From Alphaproteobacteria bacterium (GTDB taxonomy: Bacteria; Pseudomonadota; Alphaproteobacteria; GCA-2731375): DNA of 64,000 nt. The stretch's first letter is position 1. Each line of letters begins with the position of its first letter. Made by a program: the position numbers and the translations under genes. Location of the stretch: assembly GCA_965232515.1 (NCBI GenBank), contig CBDDPY010000002.1:4672001-4736000 (forward strand), in the 5' to 3' direction. Shown here piece by piece: positions 1 through 8,953 of this stretch. The notes below the pieces were generated by a model. That model saw only the letters and a program-made list of their open reading frames with translations. It was not told the DNA's origin and did no database searches.

Positions 1-114
1 ATAGACCGGCATCAGTGACTAAACTCACAAACAACGCGGTTCGGGGCCGCACTGGCGCAGACGACACATGGAACCACGAGGGTATGGTTAGCCGTCGCTT
101 AATCGCCGCCGTCG

Positions 115-1104
115 TCAGGTTGCCGTGGTCAGGTAGTGCACACTGAAAAGGCGATCCTCGTCGCACCAGACCCGTTCGTGGGACCATCCGGCGTCCTGCG
201 CCAGCGCGCGGAACTGGTCGAGATCGTATTTGTACGAGTTCTCGGTATGGATGGTTTCGCCGGCGCGGAACGTGAAACGCTGTCCGGCGATGTCGACCGT
301 CTGCGGGCGTTTGCTGACAAGATGCATCTCGATGCGGCCAAGCCGGTCATTGTATCGGGCATCATGCTCGAAAGACGACATATCGACGTCGCCGCCCAAC
401 TCGGCATTGATCCGCCTGAGCAGGTTCATGTTGAAGTCGGCGGTCACGCCAAGCGGGTCGTTATAAGCCTCGTGCAGGATCCGCAGGTCCTTCTTCAGAT
501 CGACGCCGATCACCAGGGATGCGTCGGCACCGAGGATTGCGGCGGCGCCCTTCAGGAAAGCCCGCGCCGCCTTCGGCTCGAAGTTGCCGATCGTCGAGCC
601 CGGGAAGAAACCAAGCCGGGCGTCGCTCAAGGCCCAATCGGGAAGCTCAAGCGTGCCTGTGTAGTCGGCGCAGATCGGCAGCACGACCAGGTCCGGATAG
701 TCGGCCGCCAATGTCTGAGCGGCGGCGAGCAGGTGTTCGCGCGAGATGTCGATGGGGATGTAGGCAGTGGGATTGTTCAGCCGGTCGAGCAGCAGCCGGA
801 CCTTCCGGCTGGCGCCGCTGCCGAACTCGACCAGGCTGGCCCCGCTGTCCGTCAGCGCCGCGATCTCGCCGCAGCAGTCCTCCAGGATCCGCATCTCGGT
901 CCGGGTCGGATAATAGGCCTCCAGCTCGCAGATCTCGTCGAACAGCCGCGAGCCGCGCTCGTCGTAGAAATACTTGCACGGCAGCTGCTTCTGCGGCTGT
1001 GACAGCCCATGCAGGACGTCGTTGCGAAATTCCTCAACATCGTCGCCGAGATCGTGGAACTCGTCGATCTCGCCGATCGCGACCGCCGTTTCGCCGGGCA
1101 TCAT
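115..1104 (-). CDS. egtD: L-histidine N-alpha-methyltransferase (hercynine synthase)
   Basis: KQLPCKYFYDERGSRLFDEICEL..YYPTRTE, EFGSG, GFFPGSTIGNF and IHTENSYKY motifs. ATG at 1104 overlaps the egtB stop (ATGA), so the start is trimmed from the ORF track. Confidence 0.95.
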   Translation of the reverse strand: MMPGETAVAIGEIDEFHDLGDDVEEFRNDVLHGLSQPQKQLPCKYFYDERGSRLFDEICELEAYYPTRTEMRILEDCCGEIAALTDSGASLVEFGSGASRKVRLLLDRLNNPTAYIPIDISREHLLAAAQTLAADYPDLVVLPICADYTGTLELPDWALSDARLGFFPGSTIGNFEPKAARAFLKGAAAILGADASLVIGVDLKKDLRILHEAYNDPLGVTADFNMNLLRRINAELGGDVDMSSFEHDARYNDRLGRIEMHLVSKRPQTVDIAGQRFTFRAGETIHTENSYKYDLDQFRALAQDAGWSHERVWCDEDRLFSVHYLTTAT

Positions 1105-2408
1105 GCATCCTCCGCGAGGCGCAGGCCGCTGAACTGCCAGCGCTGATGGGGGTAAAAGAAATTCCGGTAGGTGGCGCGGCTGTGGCCGTCCGGCGTCACG
1201 CAGGAGGCACCGCGCAGGACGAACTGGCCGCACATGAACTTGCCGTTGTATTCGCCGACGGCGCCGGCCGGCACGCGATAACCGGGATAGGCGGTATAGG
1301 CGCTTTGCGTCCATTCCCAGACATCGCCGTACATCTGCAGCAACTGGTTGGCCGGACCGTCGGCGGCCGTCGGACGCAGCATGCCGCTGCCGCGCAGGTT
1401 GCCGTCAACCGCCACGGTTTGCGCGGCGACTTCCCATTCGGCTTCCGTCGGCAGTCGTTTGCCCGACCAGTGGGCGAAGGCGTCGGCCTCGAAATAGCTG
1501 ATCTGGCTTGCCGGCGCGTCGGGCTCCAACGGCTGCAGGCCGGACAGCGACATTGACCACCACGCGCCATCGCGCTGCTGCCAATAGATGGGCGCCCGCC
1601 AGTCTTCCGACTGAACCAAGGCCCAACCGTCTGACAGCCAGAACTCAGGACGGTCGTAGCCGCCGTCTTCGATAAAGGCTTGCCAGTCGGCGTTGGTCAC
1701 CAACCGCGACGCCAGGCGAAACGGCCGGAGCCAGACCTTGTGCCGAGGGCCCTCGTGGTCGAACGCGAAACCGTCGCCGTCATGGCCGATTTCGTAGAGT
1801 CCCTCGTCGAAACGCAGCCAGGCGAGTGGCGGTATTTCCGCCGCCGGTCCGGACCGATAAGGCCGGTACGCCGGCTTCAGCGGATTGCAGGAAAATGCGT
1901 GCAGCAGGTCGGTCAGGATCAGTTCCTGGTGCTGCTCCTCGTGATTGAGGCCCAGTTCGATCAACGGTGCAATGTCCTGCCAGGTCCGGTCGTCCGTTCG
2001 TGCGATCAGCGCGGTCATGGCATCGTCCGTGCGCTGACGGAAGTCGACAACTTTCGCCAACGGCGGGCGGGTCAGCATGCCGCGCCGTGGGCGCGGCTGA
2101 CGGGGGCCCTTGGCCTCGTAGTAGGAGTTGAACAGAACGCCGAAGTCCGGATCGAACGGTGTGAAATCGGGCTGGTGGTCGGCCAGGATAAAGGTCTCGA
2201 AGAACCAGGTGGTGTGCCCGAGATGCCATTTGACCGGGCTCGCGTCCGGCATCGATTGCACGACTTGATCTTCGTCCGACAGACCATCCGCGAGCGACAT
2301 CGTCGCCTGCCGCACATTGGCATAGCGGTCCAGAAGGTCGCCCCGATCCGGCGTCGTGGCCGATGCGGGCGGTTCGTGGGAATATCGATCGGTGGAGGCA
2401 ATGGACAT
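1101..2408 (-). CDS. egtB: Ergothioneine biosynthesis sulfoxide synthase (DinB-like + FGE-like domains)
   Basis: QSMPDASPVKWHLGHTTWFFETF, LNHEEQHQEL, GEYNGKFM and RATYRNFF motifs. AGGAG RBS precedes ATG 2408. Adjacent to egtD. Confidence 0.95.
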   Translation of the reverse strand: MSIASTDRYSHEPPASATTPDRGDLLDRYANVRQATMSLADGLSDEDQVVQSMPDASPVKWHLGHTTWFFETFILADHQPDFTPFDPDFGVLFNSYYEAKGPRQPRPRRGMLTRPPLAKVVDFRQRTDDAMTALIARTDDRTWQDIAPLIELGLNHEEQHQELILTDLLHAFSCNPLKPAYRPYRSGPAAEIPPLAWLRFDEGLYEIGHDGDGFAFDHEGPRHKVWLRPFRLASRLVTNADWQAFIEDGGYDRPEFWLSDGWALVQSEDWRAPIYWQQRDGAWWSMSLSGLQPLEPDAPASQISYFEADAFAHWSGKRLPTEAEWEVAAQTVAVDGNLRGSGMLRPTAADGPANQLLQMYGDVWEWTQSAYTAYPGYRVPAGAVGEYNGKFMCGQFVLRGASCVTPDGHSRATYRNFFYPHQRWQFSGLRLAEDA

Positions 2409-2536
2409 TCGGACCCACTCCTGTTCGATGCATGAGGGCGCTTGCTCCAGCACCCTGTCGCGGCGACTAGACCTCGTGTTCGGCCCGAACGATTCGGAAG
2501 ATAGGTACGGTCGTTCGTTGTGTAAATACGCATATG

Positions 2537-2561
2537 TTGCGCAAAATTATCATCTGCGCAA
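2537..2561. promoter_or_regulatory. Candidate operator upstream of egtBD
   Basis: Inverted repeat TTGCGCA-N11-TGCGCAA in an AT-rich stretch about 130 bp upstream of egtB. Confidence 0.35.
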
Positions 2562-2749
2562 AAAAATTGCTTATCAAAAACCTATGTTCTGTTTAGTAAA
2601 CAAGTTTGTGTATCTGACAACAGATCGAGTGCGGACTCGCGGGGCGAATGTCGTTGACGCCGGTCGTCACCCGACGGTTCCGGATGCCAGGGCGAGACGG
2701 GCCAACAGGTCGCCGGTCGCCACGGCGTCGTTATTCATCCACGATTCTG

Positions 2750-2812
2750 AAAAAGAAAGGCGGCCTGCCGGACAGGTATGAGGTAGAGGTTTGAGAGCTC
2801 AGGCAGGCCGCC
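2750..2812 (-). terminator. Large-loop intrinsic terminator, possibly the 3' end of an sRNA
   Basis: 11-bp stem GGCGGCCTGCC (2759-2769) / GGCAGGCCGCC (2802-2812), 32-nt loop, followed on the minus strand by TTTCTTTTT. Confidence 0.5.
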
Positions 2813-2986
2813 GCCGTTATCGTCCAATTGGACGTCGTCGGGCACTTCCATATGTGTCTTAGTCCGGTGACCCATCAACAGCATTGCGCGTGTCAAAACC
2901 GTGTCCGATGAAACCCCAATGACCAAACAGCGCCGCCACAAGCCGTATTGCGATACCCAATACGCCGGTCCGCCGCGTGAGGGATC

Positions 2987-3397
2987 GTGGGGCGCGCGAT
3001 AGGGCGCGTGGCCGTGCGGTTCGCGGTTCTATTTGCCGGTTGCAGCGGTTTTGCGACCGTGGCATTGGGCGCTTGGGCGGCGCATGGGCTCGCGCGACTG
3101 CTCGACCCGCCGGCGTTGGCCTGGATCGAGACCGGCCTCAAGTATCAGGGTCTGCATGCCGTTGCGTTGATCGGCGTCGCCTGCCTGATGGCGATCCGAC
3201 CGGCGCGGGCGTTGGTTTTCGCGACGTCGGCATTTGCCGTCGGCACGCTGCTGTTCTGCGGCAGCCTTTATGCGCTCGCCTTTACCGGCATACGCACGCT
3301 GGCCTTCCTGACGCCGATTGGCGGGCTGGCGTTTTTGGCCGGCTGGGCTGGCATTTGCTGGTACGGCATTGGTCTGCGACCAAACACAAAGAATTAA
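2987..3397 (+). CDS. DUF423 (YgdD/TMEM256-like) small membrane protein
   Basis: LGAWAAHGL, ETGLKYQGLHA, LFCGSLYALA and LTPIGG motifs. Exact start uncertain. Confidence 0.85.
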   Translation: MGRAIGRVAVRFAVLFAGCSGFATVALGAWAAHGLARLLDPPALAWIETGLKYQGLHAVALIGVACLMAIRPARALVFATSAFAVGTLLFCGSLYALAFTGIRTLAFLTPIGGLAFLAGWAGICWYGIGLRPNTKN

Positions 3398-3535
3398 CCA
3401 TGTCGCGGCTTTCCCGGTCGGCGAAAATCGGCGCGCTCTAACCAGGTCTTAAGGCGCAAGACCCTAACATTGGCTGTTGGATGGTGGACGGCCCAATCGG
3501 CTTGGCCATGCGGGGGCGGGTAGAGGGATCTGAGT

Positions 3536-3991
3536 ATGCAGCCAGAGCTTCTGGGACTTGGCCGCGGCGAAATCGCGTCGCCACGGTCGATATCACGACC
3601 CGACCGGCCGGACTCAAACACCGTTCGATCGGACGTTCAGCGTCCGGTTTCCGGGGACGGCGAGGCGGTGAAGGTAACCCTCAGCGACGAGGCGCAGAAA
3701 CGTCTTGCCGCCGATGAGGCCGCCAATCGACCGAACCCGCCGGCGGTTGCGCCATCTGAACAGGCGCGCCTCGAGGTTGCCGCCAATCCCGGTCTGGGCG
3801 ACTTGCCGTTCGGCAAAGTCGTATCGGCTATCGCCCGTCAACTGGACCTGTCGGGACTATTCGCGCAGGCATCGTCGACGCCGGCGAAACCTTCGGATGA
3901 AGCCCGTGCCAACGCGCCGAATGCCGGGGCCGAGCAGGACAAGTCCGCCGACCCGAAGCAGCAGGGATCCAGGATCTCAATTCTGGCCTGA
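3536..3991 (+). CDS. Hypothetical protein
   Basis: 151-aa ORF with GC-typical codon use. The KVTLSDEAQ motif and C-terminal GSRISILA resemble small flagellar-regulon proteins (inference). Confidence 0.55.
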   Translation: MQPELLGLGRGEIASPRSISRPDRPDSNTVRSDVQRPVSGDGEAVKVTLSDEAQKRLAADEAANRPNPPAVAPSEQARLEVAANPGLGDLPFGKVVSAIARQLDLSGLFAQASSTPAKPSDEARANAPNAGAEQDKSADPKQQGSRISILA

Positions 3992-4121
3992 TGGTCACTA
4001 TTCGCTGAGTGGCGAACACGATAGAGCGCTCGACGCGTTTCATTGGCGATGATCTTGGCAATCGCGCTAGGCTGACAACGTTAGGTGTCGATCCGAGTCG
4101 TCTGGGCGTCAGGAGCCCAAC

Positions 4122-4247
4122 GTGAACCGCCGCGTCCTCATTGTTCTGTTTGTCGCGCTTGCCATTTGCCTCGGCTATGCGTCTTGGCGCGGCTGGCTTC
4201 CCGGCGTCGTTGACTACGGTGATATCGAGGCTCGGGAGGATCGCTGA
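4122..4247 (+). CDS. 41-aa single-pass membrane microprotein (not in ORF track)
   Basis: AGGAG (4111-4115), GTG at 4122, TGA at 4245-4247. Translation MNRRVLIVLFVALAICLGYASWRGWLPGVVDYGDIEAREDR. Confidence 0.6.
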   Translation: MNRRVLIVLFVALAICLGYASWRGWLPGVVDYGDIEAREDR

Positions 4248-4284
4248 CGACCGGCCGCCGCGGAACGCGGCCGTTACGGCCCGG

Positions 4285-5136
4285 TCAGAACCGCTGGATA
4301 AAATCCAGGATCGCCGACTTCGAATACTCGACGTTGGCGACGTTGCTGGAATTCATCACGTTGTGTCCGTTGTCCGGCAACACGATCGATTCAGACCTTG
4401 CCCGTCCGTCGAACAGCAAGCCGCAGTGTTTGTCCCTTAGCGCCGCGTACCAGGGGTCCTCGTTGCCGATGATCGCCAGCACCGGCACCGACGGCGGCAG
4501 CTTGAGACCATAGTAGTCGCCGATGCCGTGGCAGTGCCACGCCGTGATGATGGCGGCGGCAAGGCCGGGCTCTGGATAACGCGCCAGCGCCATGCCGCCT
4601 TCGCTGAAACCGACGGCAATAACCTTCTCGGGGTCGATCCACGGCTGCGCGCGCACCTGCTCGATGGCGAAGCCGATCTCCTCCTGCCGATAGGGATTGA
4701 CATCGGGCGTCGACTTGGCCGTGAAGCTATCCGTCCGACAGGTCGACCGGCGGCCGGTCCGGGCGAAACTGTCCGGTACGAATACGGCATAGCCGTTTTC
4801 GAGAAACAACAGCTTTGCCGCCTCCTCTTCGGAGCCGATCCCGGCACAGCCGTGGAGAAAGATAATCGCGGGCAGCTTGACCTCGGGACCCAGGCTGGCG
4901 ATGGCCTGCTGTACGCGCCGCTCGCGCCATTTCCCAAGCACCGGCAGCCCGCCGAACACGCTGCCGGGCAAGGCGATCTGGGCCGAATTCCAGGTCAATT
5001 CGACATCGGCCGACGCGGTGTTCGCCGGCATGACGCCGAACAGGAACGTCAGCAGGAAAACCACAACCCGCCAATCCGCCGGTTGCTTTCGGACGCCTTG
5101 GGTCACGCGTTGAATTCCGTCAATAGCCGACATCAC
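4285..5136 (-). CDS. Exported dienelactone hydrolase-family alpha/beta hydrolase
   Basis: IIFLHGCAG, nucleophile elbow GFSEGG, GNEDPW and GH motifs, hydrophobic signal-like N-terminus. True start may be slightly downstream. Confidence 0.8.
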   Translation of the reverse strand: MMSAIDGIQRVTQGVRKQPADWRVVVFLLTFLFGVMPANTASADVELTWNSAQIALPGSVFGGLPVLGKWRERRVQQAIASLGPEVKLPAIIFLHGCAGIGSEEEAAKLLFLENGYAVFVPDSFARTGRRSTCRTDSFTAKSTPDVNPYRQEEIGFAIEQVRAQPWIDPEKVIAVGFSEGGMALARYPEPGLAAAIITAWHCHGIGDYYGLKLPPSVPVLAIIGNEDPWYAALRDKHCGLLFDGRARSESIVLPDNGHNVMNSSNVANVEYSKSAILDFIQRF

Positions 5137-5236
5137 CGATCAGTTGCCCGACCGATTATTGCCGCCGACATCTGTGTCGACCAGCGACAAACACGCGTCA
5201 TCCCCACCCTGGCCGGACAATTCCCGACGTTTGCCG

Positions 5237-6610
5237 CTAGATGCTGTCGATCATCAGCTGACGTTTCCGACCGTATTCGGTCTGCGAAATCAGCTTCTGC
5301 TCCAGCAACTGGTTGAGCAGAATCAGCCCTTTCTTGGGATCCATGTCATCGGGGTTGATGCGCGCCAAGACACTAGCGCGCGCCTTGACGAAGGCTTCCG
5401 GCGTCAGTTCGTTGCGACGAAACTTGCGGTTGACCTCGGTCAACTCGGCGGCGATCCCGCCGACCGCACGTTCAGCGGCCAGTTCCGACTTCTTCGCTTC
5501 ATACTCCTGGGCCGTCAGCAGGCCGGATTTGTAGAGATCTTCGATGCGCGCCAGACGTTCGGATTTGCTGACAGCGGGGACGGCCGCGCGGGGCGCCGGG
5601 GCAACGGTGCCAACGGCAGCGGTCCGCGTCGATTGGCTGCTTGTCGAGCTGGTGTCTGCCGGCTTGCTGGTCGCTGTAGCGGAACGGGTCTGCTTGGGCG
5701 CCGGCGCAGCTTCACCGACGAGGCTGCCGAAGATAAAGCCGACGTCACCGGTCGAGAGCGTTATCCGGTACCATTTGCCGGCGCTGGTGCCGACCTCGCC
5801 ATTGATCCGCACATCCGTGCCAACCGGCAGCACGGTCAACCTGTCGGCGTTGGCGGTCGGCGCTACTCGCACGTTTGACCTGGTCAGCGTCTTCAGCGTG
5901 CGGGGAGACAGCGCCGCCACATCAAACGTCGCGGCCGCCGGTTTTGCGGCGGGCGGGGGCGTGGCCTGTCCGGACCCGGCAATCTGCTGCTGGTTCAGCG
6001 AGGCGGTCACGAGCTGGCATTCGACCTCGCCACGGTTTGAATCGGTGTATTTCCAGTAGACCGGAAACCGCAGCCGCGGCGCGTAGTAGGTCACCAGCTT
6101 GGATGAGTAGGTGCCGGTGTATCGTTGCTCATCCAGGATCGTGACGTCGAGATCGCCAAAATCGCGGTTGTAGTAGACATCGTTGCCCACCACGGCGACC
6201 TTGTAGCTCCAGCTATAGTCGTTGATCGTGCCACGATCCTCCTTCACCCAGGCATTGACCTGCGTGCCGATCTTGAGGTCGCGCAGCTGCTCGAAGTCAT
6301 CGGGCATACGACGCACCACGGACTCGCGCCCACCGACCTTCTCCGCCGTCGCGAGTGTGGTCGGGATCAGGTAGAACGGTTTCTCGTACCAGTTGGAGTC
6401 CTTGCCGGTCTCGACATTGACCCGCACGACGCCGCCGTCGTTCGAGGCGACACGATAGGTTTCCTGATATTGAAAGCCGCCCTGCAACGAGCAGTCGAAC
6501 GCGTATTCATCGCCGACGAACGGCGCTTCCATCGCCGCCAGGGCAGGCGTGCTGACGAATAGCGCGAGCGCCGAGAGCGCGGTCCGATGCGACGTAATGA
6601 TGTTCACCAT
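5237..6610 (-). CDS. Exported protein with bacterial SH3 domain and C-terminal SHOCT-like helices
   Basis: Signal peptide (..TPALA), SH3_3-like NVRVAP..WYRI..GFIFGSLV, SHOCT-like LYKSGLLTAQEYEAKKSEL and LISQTEYGRKRQLM. Confidence 0.75.
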   Translation of the reverse strand: MVNIITSHRTALSALALFVSTPALAAMEAPFVGDEYAFDCSLQGGFQYQETYRVASNDGGVVRVNVETGKDSNWYEKPFYLIPTTLATAEKVGGRESVVRRMPDDFEQLRDLKIGTQVNAWVKEDRGTINDYSWSYKVAVVGNDVYYNRDFGDLDVTILDEQRYTGTYSSKLVTYYAPRLRFPVYWKYTDSNRGEVECQLVTASLNQQQIAGSGQATPPPAAKPAAATFDVAALSPRTLKTLTRSNVRVAPTANADRLTVLPVGTDVRINGEVGTSAGKWYRITLSTGDVGFIFGSLVGEAAPAPKQTRSATATSKPADTSSTSSQSTRTAAVGTVAPAPRAAVPAVSKSERLARIEDLYKSGLLTAQEYEAKKSELAAERAVGGIAAELTEVNRKFRRNELTPEAFVKARASVLARINPDDMDPKKGLILLNQLLEQKLISQTEYGRKRQLMIDSI

Positions 6611-6654
6611 ATCAACATTTCCCGTTGGCTTTGATTGGCGGCCGCGAGGCCTGT

Positions 6655-8880
6655 TCAACTTCCGTCGCGGCGCACGAACACGAAGTCGCCGCCGTCGTGG
6701 CCCGAGAGCCGGATGTCGGAGTATTCCGGCGTCTGCGCGGCGTTCAACATCACCGGACGCCGGATGTTGAGGAACAGCTCGGTGCCGTCGATAAAGTCGG
6801 TGGTCGACTGAAGGGCGTCGATGAACGCCTTGGCGAACACGGAGTGATCGCCGCCGCCGCCGTCGACGACCGGTTCGAGGCCGCCTGATGTCAGCACCAC
6901 GCGCGCGCGTTTCTGCACCATCCGCTTGAGGTAGTCCGGGCTGCGCAGCGTCGGCTTCACGCTTCGCGTCAGGGTGCCGGAGTAGCAGCTGTCGACCACG
7001 AGCATGACATGCTTGGCGCTCATAGCTTTCAGGGTGTCGGTGATCGTCGCGTTCGACACCCAGCTCACCTGCGTGTCCGGCGAGGCGTCGACCGGCAGCC
7101 AGTAGCCGCGTTCCGACGAGTAGTCGAGGATGCCGTGACCCGCATAGTAGATCAGCAGGTTGTCGTCCTCGGTGAGCGTCTTTCGATAGTCGTCGAGGGC
7201 GATGATGATGTCGGCGCGGGTGGCGTTGCGCAGCAGCCGCACCTCGAAGCCGTAGCTGGATTTCAGCACCTGCGCGACGGATTCGGCGTCGCTGACGGCC
7301 GTCTTCAGTTTTGGCAGGTCCTTGTAATCGTTGTTGCCGATGACCAGCGCGTGATAGCTGCCCAGGGTCTGTAGAAGGGCAACCGTAGCGGCGGAGGGTG
7401 CTCCGGCAACCTCGTCAGCGGCGGTGTCGGGGGTTGACACGGCCGGCTCGGCGGCTGCGGTCTGCACCGGGGACTCGGGCTTGGGCTCCAGCAGGTCGGC
7501 GAAGACATAGCCGGTCTCGTTGTTCGGCAACGCCACCAGCAGCCAGTTGCTGCCTTTCACCCGACCCAGCACGGTGATCTCGCTGCCTCTGTCGATGCGG
7601 TCGACCTTGGTCGCCTCGGTGCCTGGCGCGGACCGGACGTTGGCATTGGCGACGGCCGTGTAGGCGGCCATGACGGGCTCGAACGCCGGCATAGGCTGCT
7701 CCGCGGCCGGTGCCGGCGTTACCGGGGCCGCGGGTGCCTCGCTCGGCGCGACGGCCGCGGTTTCAGTGGTCGTCGGCTCAGGCTCGGCTGCGGCCGGTTG
7801 GGCGGCCTCCGGCCGGTAGGTCGTGTCGACGTCGGATGGCGGGCGGTAGGCCGTATCGACCTGGGTCGAGGATTTTGTCGTCGGCGTCGCCGCCGCGACC
7901 GGTGCTGGCGTCGGGGCAGCGGCGGTGGCAGTGGGACGGTCGGCGGCGATGCGGCGTTCCACCGCAGCGATATCCGTCGACGAAATACGGTGACGCGTGC
8001 GGGCCATGCCGGCCCGCCCGGCCTCCTGGATCTCCTGCAAGCGGGCGCCGGTGGCTTTCCGGAACCAATAGAACGCTTCCTTGTAGTTCCGTTCGACGCC
8101 GCGGCCGCGTTCGTACAGCAGGGCGACATTGATCTGCGCCTTGCCCCAGCCCTGCTTGGCGGCCTTCAGATACCAGTCCGCGGCCGCCTGAAGGTTCCGG
8201 CGAACGCCGAGGCCCTGCTCGTAAGCGTAGCCGAGGTCGTTCTGCGCACGGGCGAAGCCCTGATCAGCGGCCTTGCGGAACCAGGTGATCGCCTTGGCCT
8301 GATCGCGCGGGACGGTGCGGTCGCCGCGTTGATAGATCAGGCCGATCTTGTATTCCGCCAACGGATAGCGCTGGTTGGCGGCAGGCTCGTACCAGCGCAA
8401 TGCCTGCTGCAGGTTACGCTCAACACCCCAGCCTTCCAGATACATTTCCGCCAAGTGGGTTTGCGAGCTGATGTCGCCCAGTTCGGCGCCACGGCGATAC
8501 CATTTCAACGCTTCACTATAGTTGCCGAGGTCGAACTGATAGGTGCCGCCGATGTTCGCGAAGGCGGCGGCGTAGTTCTTCTCGGCGGCGGCAAACAGAT
8601 ACGGCAGGCCCTCATCGCGCCGCTTCGCGCGCAGCAGCGCCCGTCCGAGCTGAAACTGGAAGCGAAGAACGTCGGGGTATTTGGCGACGGCGTCGCTGCA
8701 TGCCTGAATAGCCGCCCTCGCATTCATGACGTCCCATTGCACGCCCGGTACGACCCGGTTGCCATCGGCGGGATGGGCTGCGAGACGGTCACAGTCATTC
8801 GGCGGCGTGTCGGCCGTGGCCGAAGCCACGGATCCGAGTGCCAGGATGGCGACCAGACAGGCGGTTGCTGGCGCTTTCAT
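6655..8880 (-). CDS. Exported Sel1-repeat / SH3 / caspase-family (peptidase C14) protein
   Basis: Signal peptide, CDRLAAHPAD cap, about 6 Sel1 repeats, SH3 (NVRSAPG..GYVFADLL), and C14 motifs ALVIGNNDY, YYAGHG and VDSCYSG. Start trimmed to ATG 8880. Confidence 0.88.
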   Translation of the reverse strand: MKAPATACLVAILALGSVASATADTPPNDCDRLAAHPADGNRVVPGVQWDVMNARAAIQACSDAVAKYPDVLRFQFQLGRALLRAKRRDEGLPYLFAAAEKNYAAAFANIGGTYQFDLGNYSEALKWYRRGAELGDISSQTHLAEMYLEGWGVERNLQQALRWYEPAANQRYPLAEYKIGLIYQRGDRTVPRDQAKAITWFRKAADQGFARAQNDLGYAYEQGLGVRRNLQAAADWYLKAAKQGWGKAQINVALLYERGRGVERNYKEAFYWFRKATGARLQEIQEAGRAGMARTRHRISSTDIAAVERRIAADRPTATAAAPTPAPVAAATPTTKSSTQVDTAYRPPSDVDTTYRPEAAQPAAAEPEPTTTETAAVAPSEAPAAPVTPAPAAEQPMPAFEPVMAAYTAVANANVRSAPGTEATKVDRIDRGSEITVLGRVKGSNWLLVALPNNETGYVFADLLEPKPESPVQTAAAEPAVSTPDTAADEVAGAPSAATVALLQTLGSYHALVIGNNDYKDLPKLKTAVSDAESVAQVLKSSYGFEVRLLRNATRADIIIALDDYRKTLTEDDNLLIYYAGHGILDYSSERGYWLPVDASPDTQVSWVSNATITDTLKAMSAKHVMLVVDSCYSGTLTRSVKPTLRSPDYLKRMVQKRARVVLTSGGLEPVVDGGGGDHSVFAKAFIDALQSTTDFIDGTELFLNIRRPVMLNAAQTPEYSDIRLSGHDGGDFVFVRRDGS

Positions 8881-8953
8881 ACCCCTCTGTCCTCCCGAAC
8901 GTGTTGGGTGTTTGACGTTGATGGCGTGTGTCGGATCGATGCCGGTGAAGCGG

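Noticed and set aside
1101-2408. egtB as selenoneine synthase SenA because a selenoprotein is nearby
   Set aside because: It is paired with egtD, shows typical EgtB motifs, and no senB or senC (selD-like) gene is adjacent.
4060-4250. Possible 6S or SRP RNA in the intergenic gap
   Set aside because: No recognisable signature. An RBS-led 41-aa ORF explains the region.
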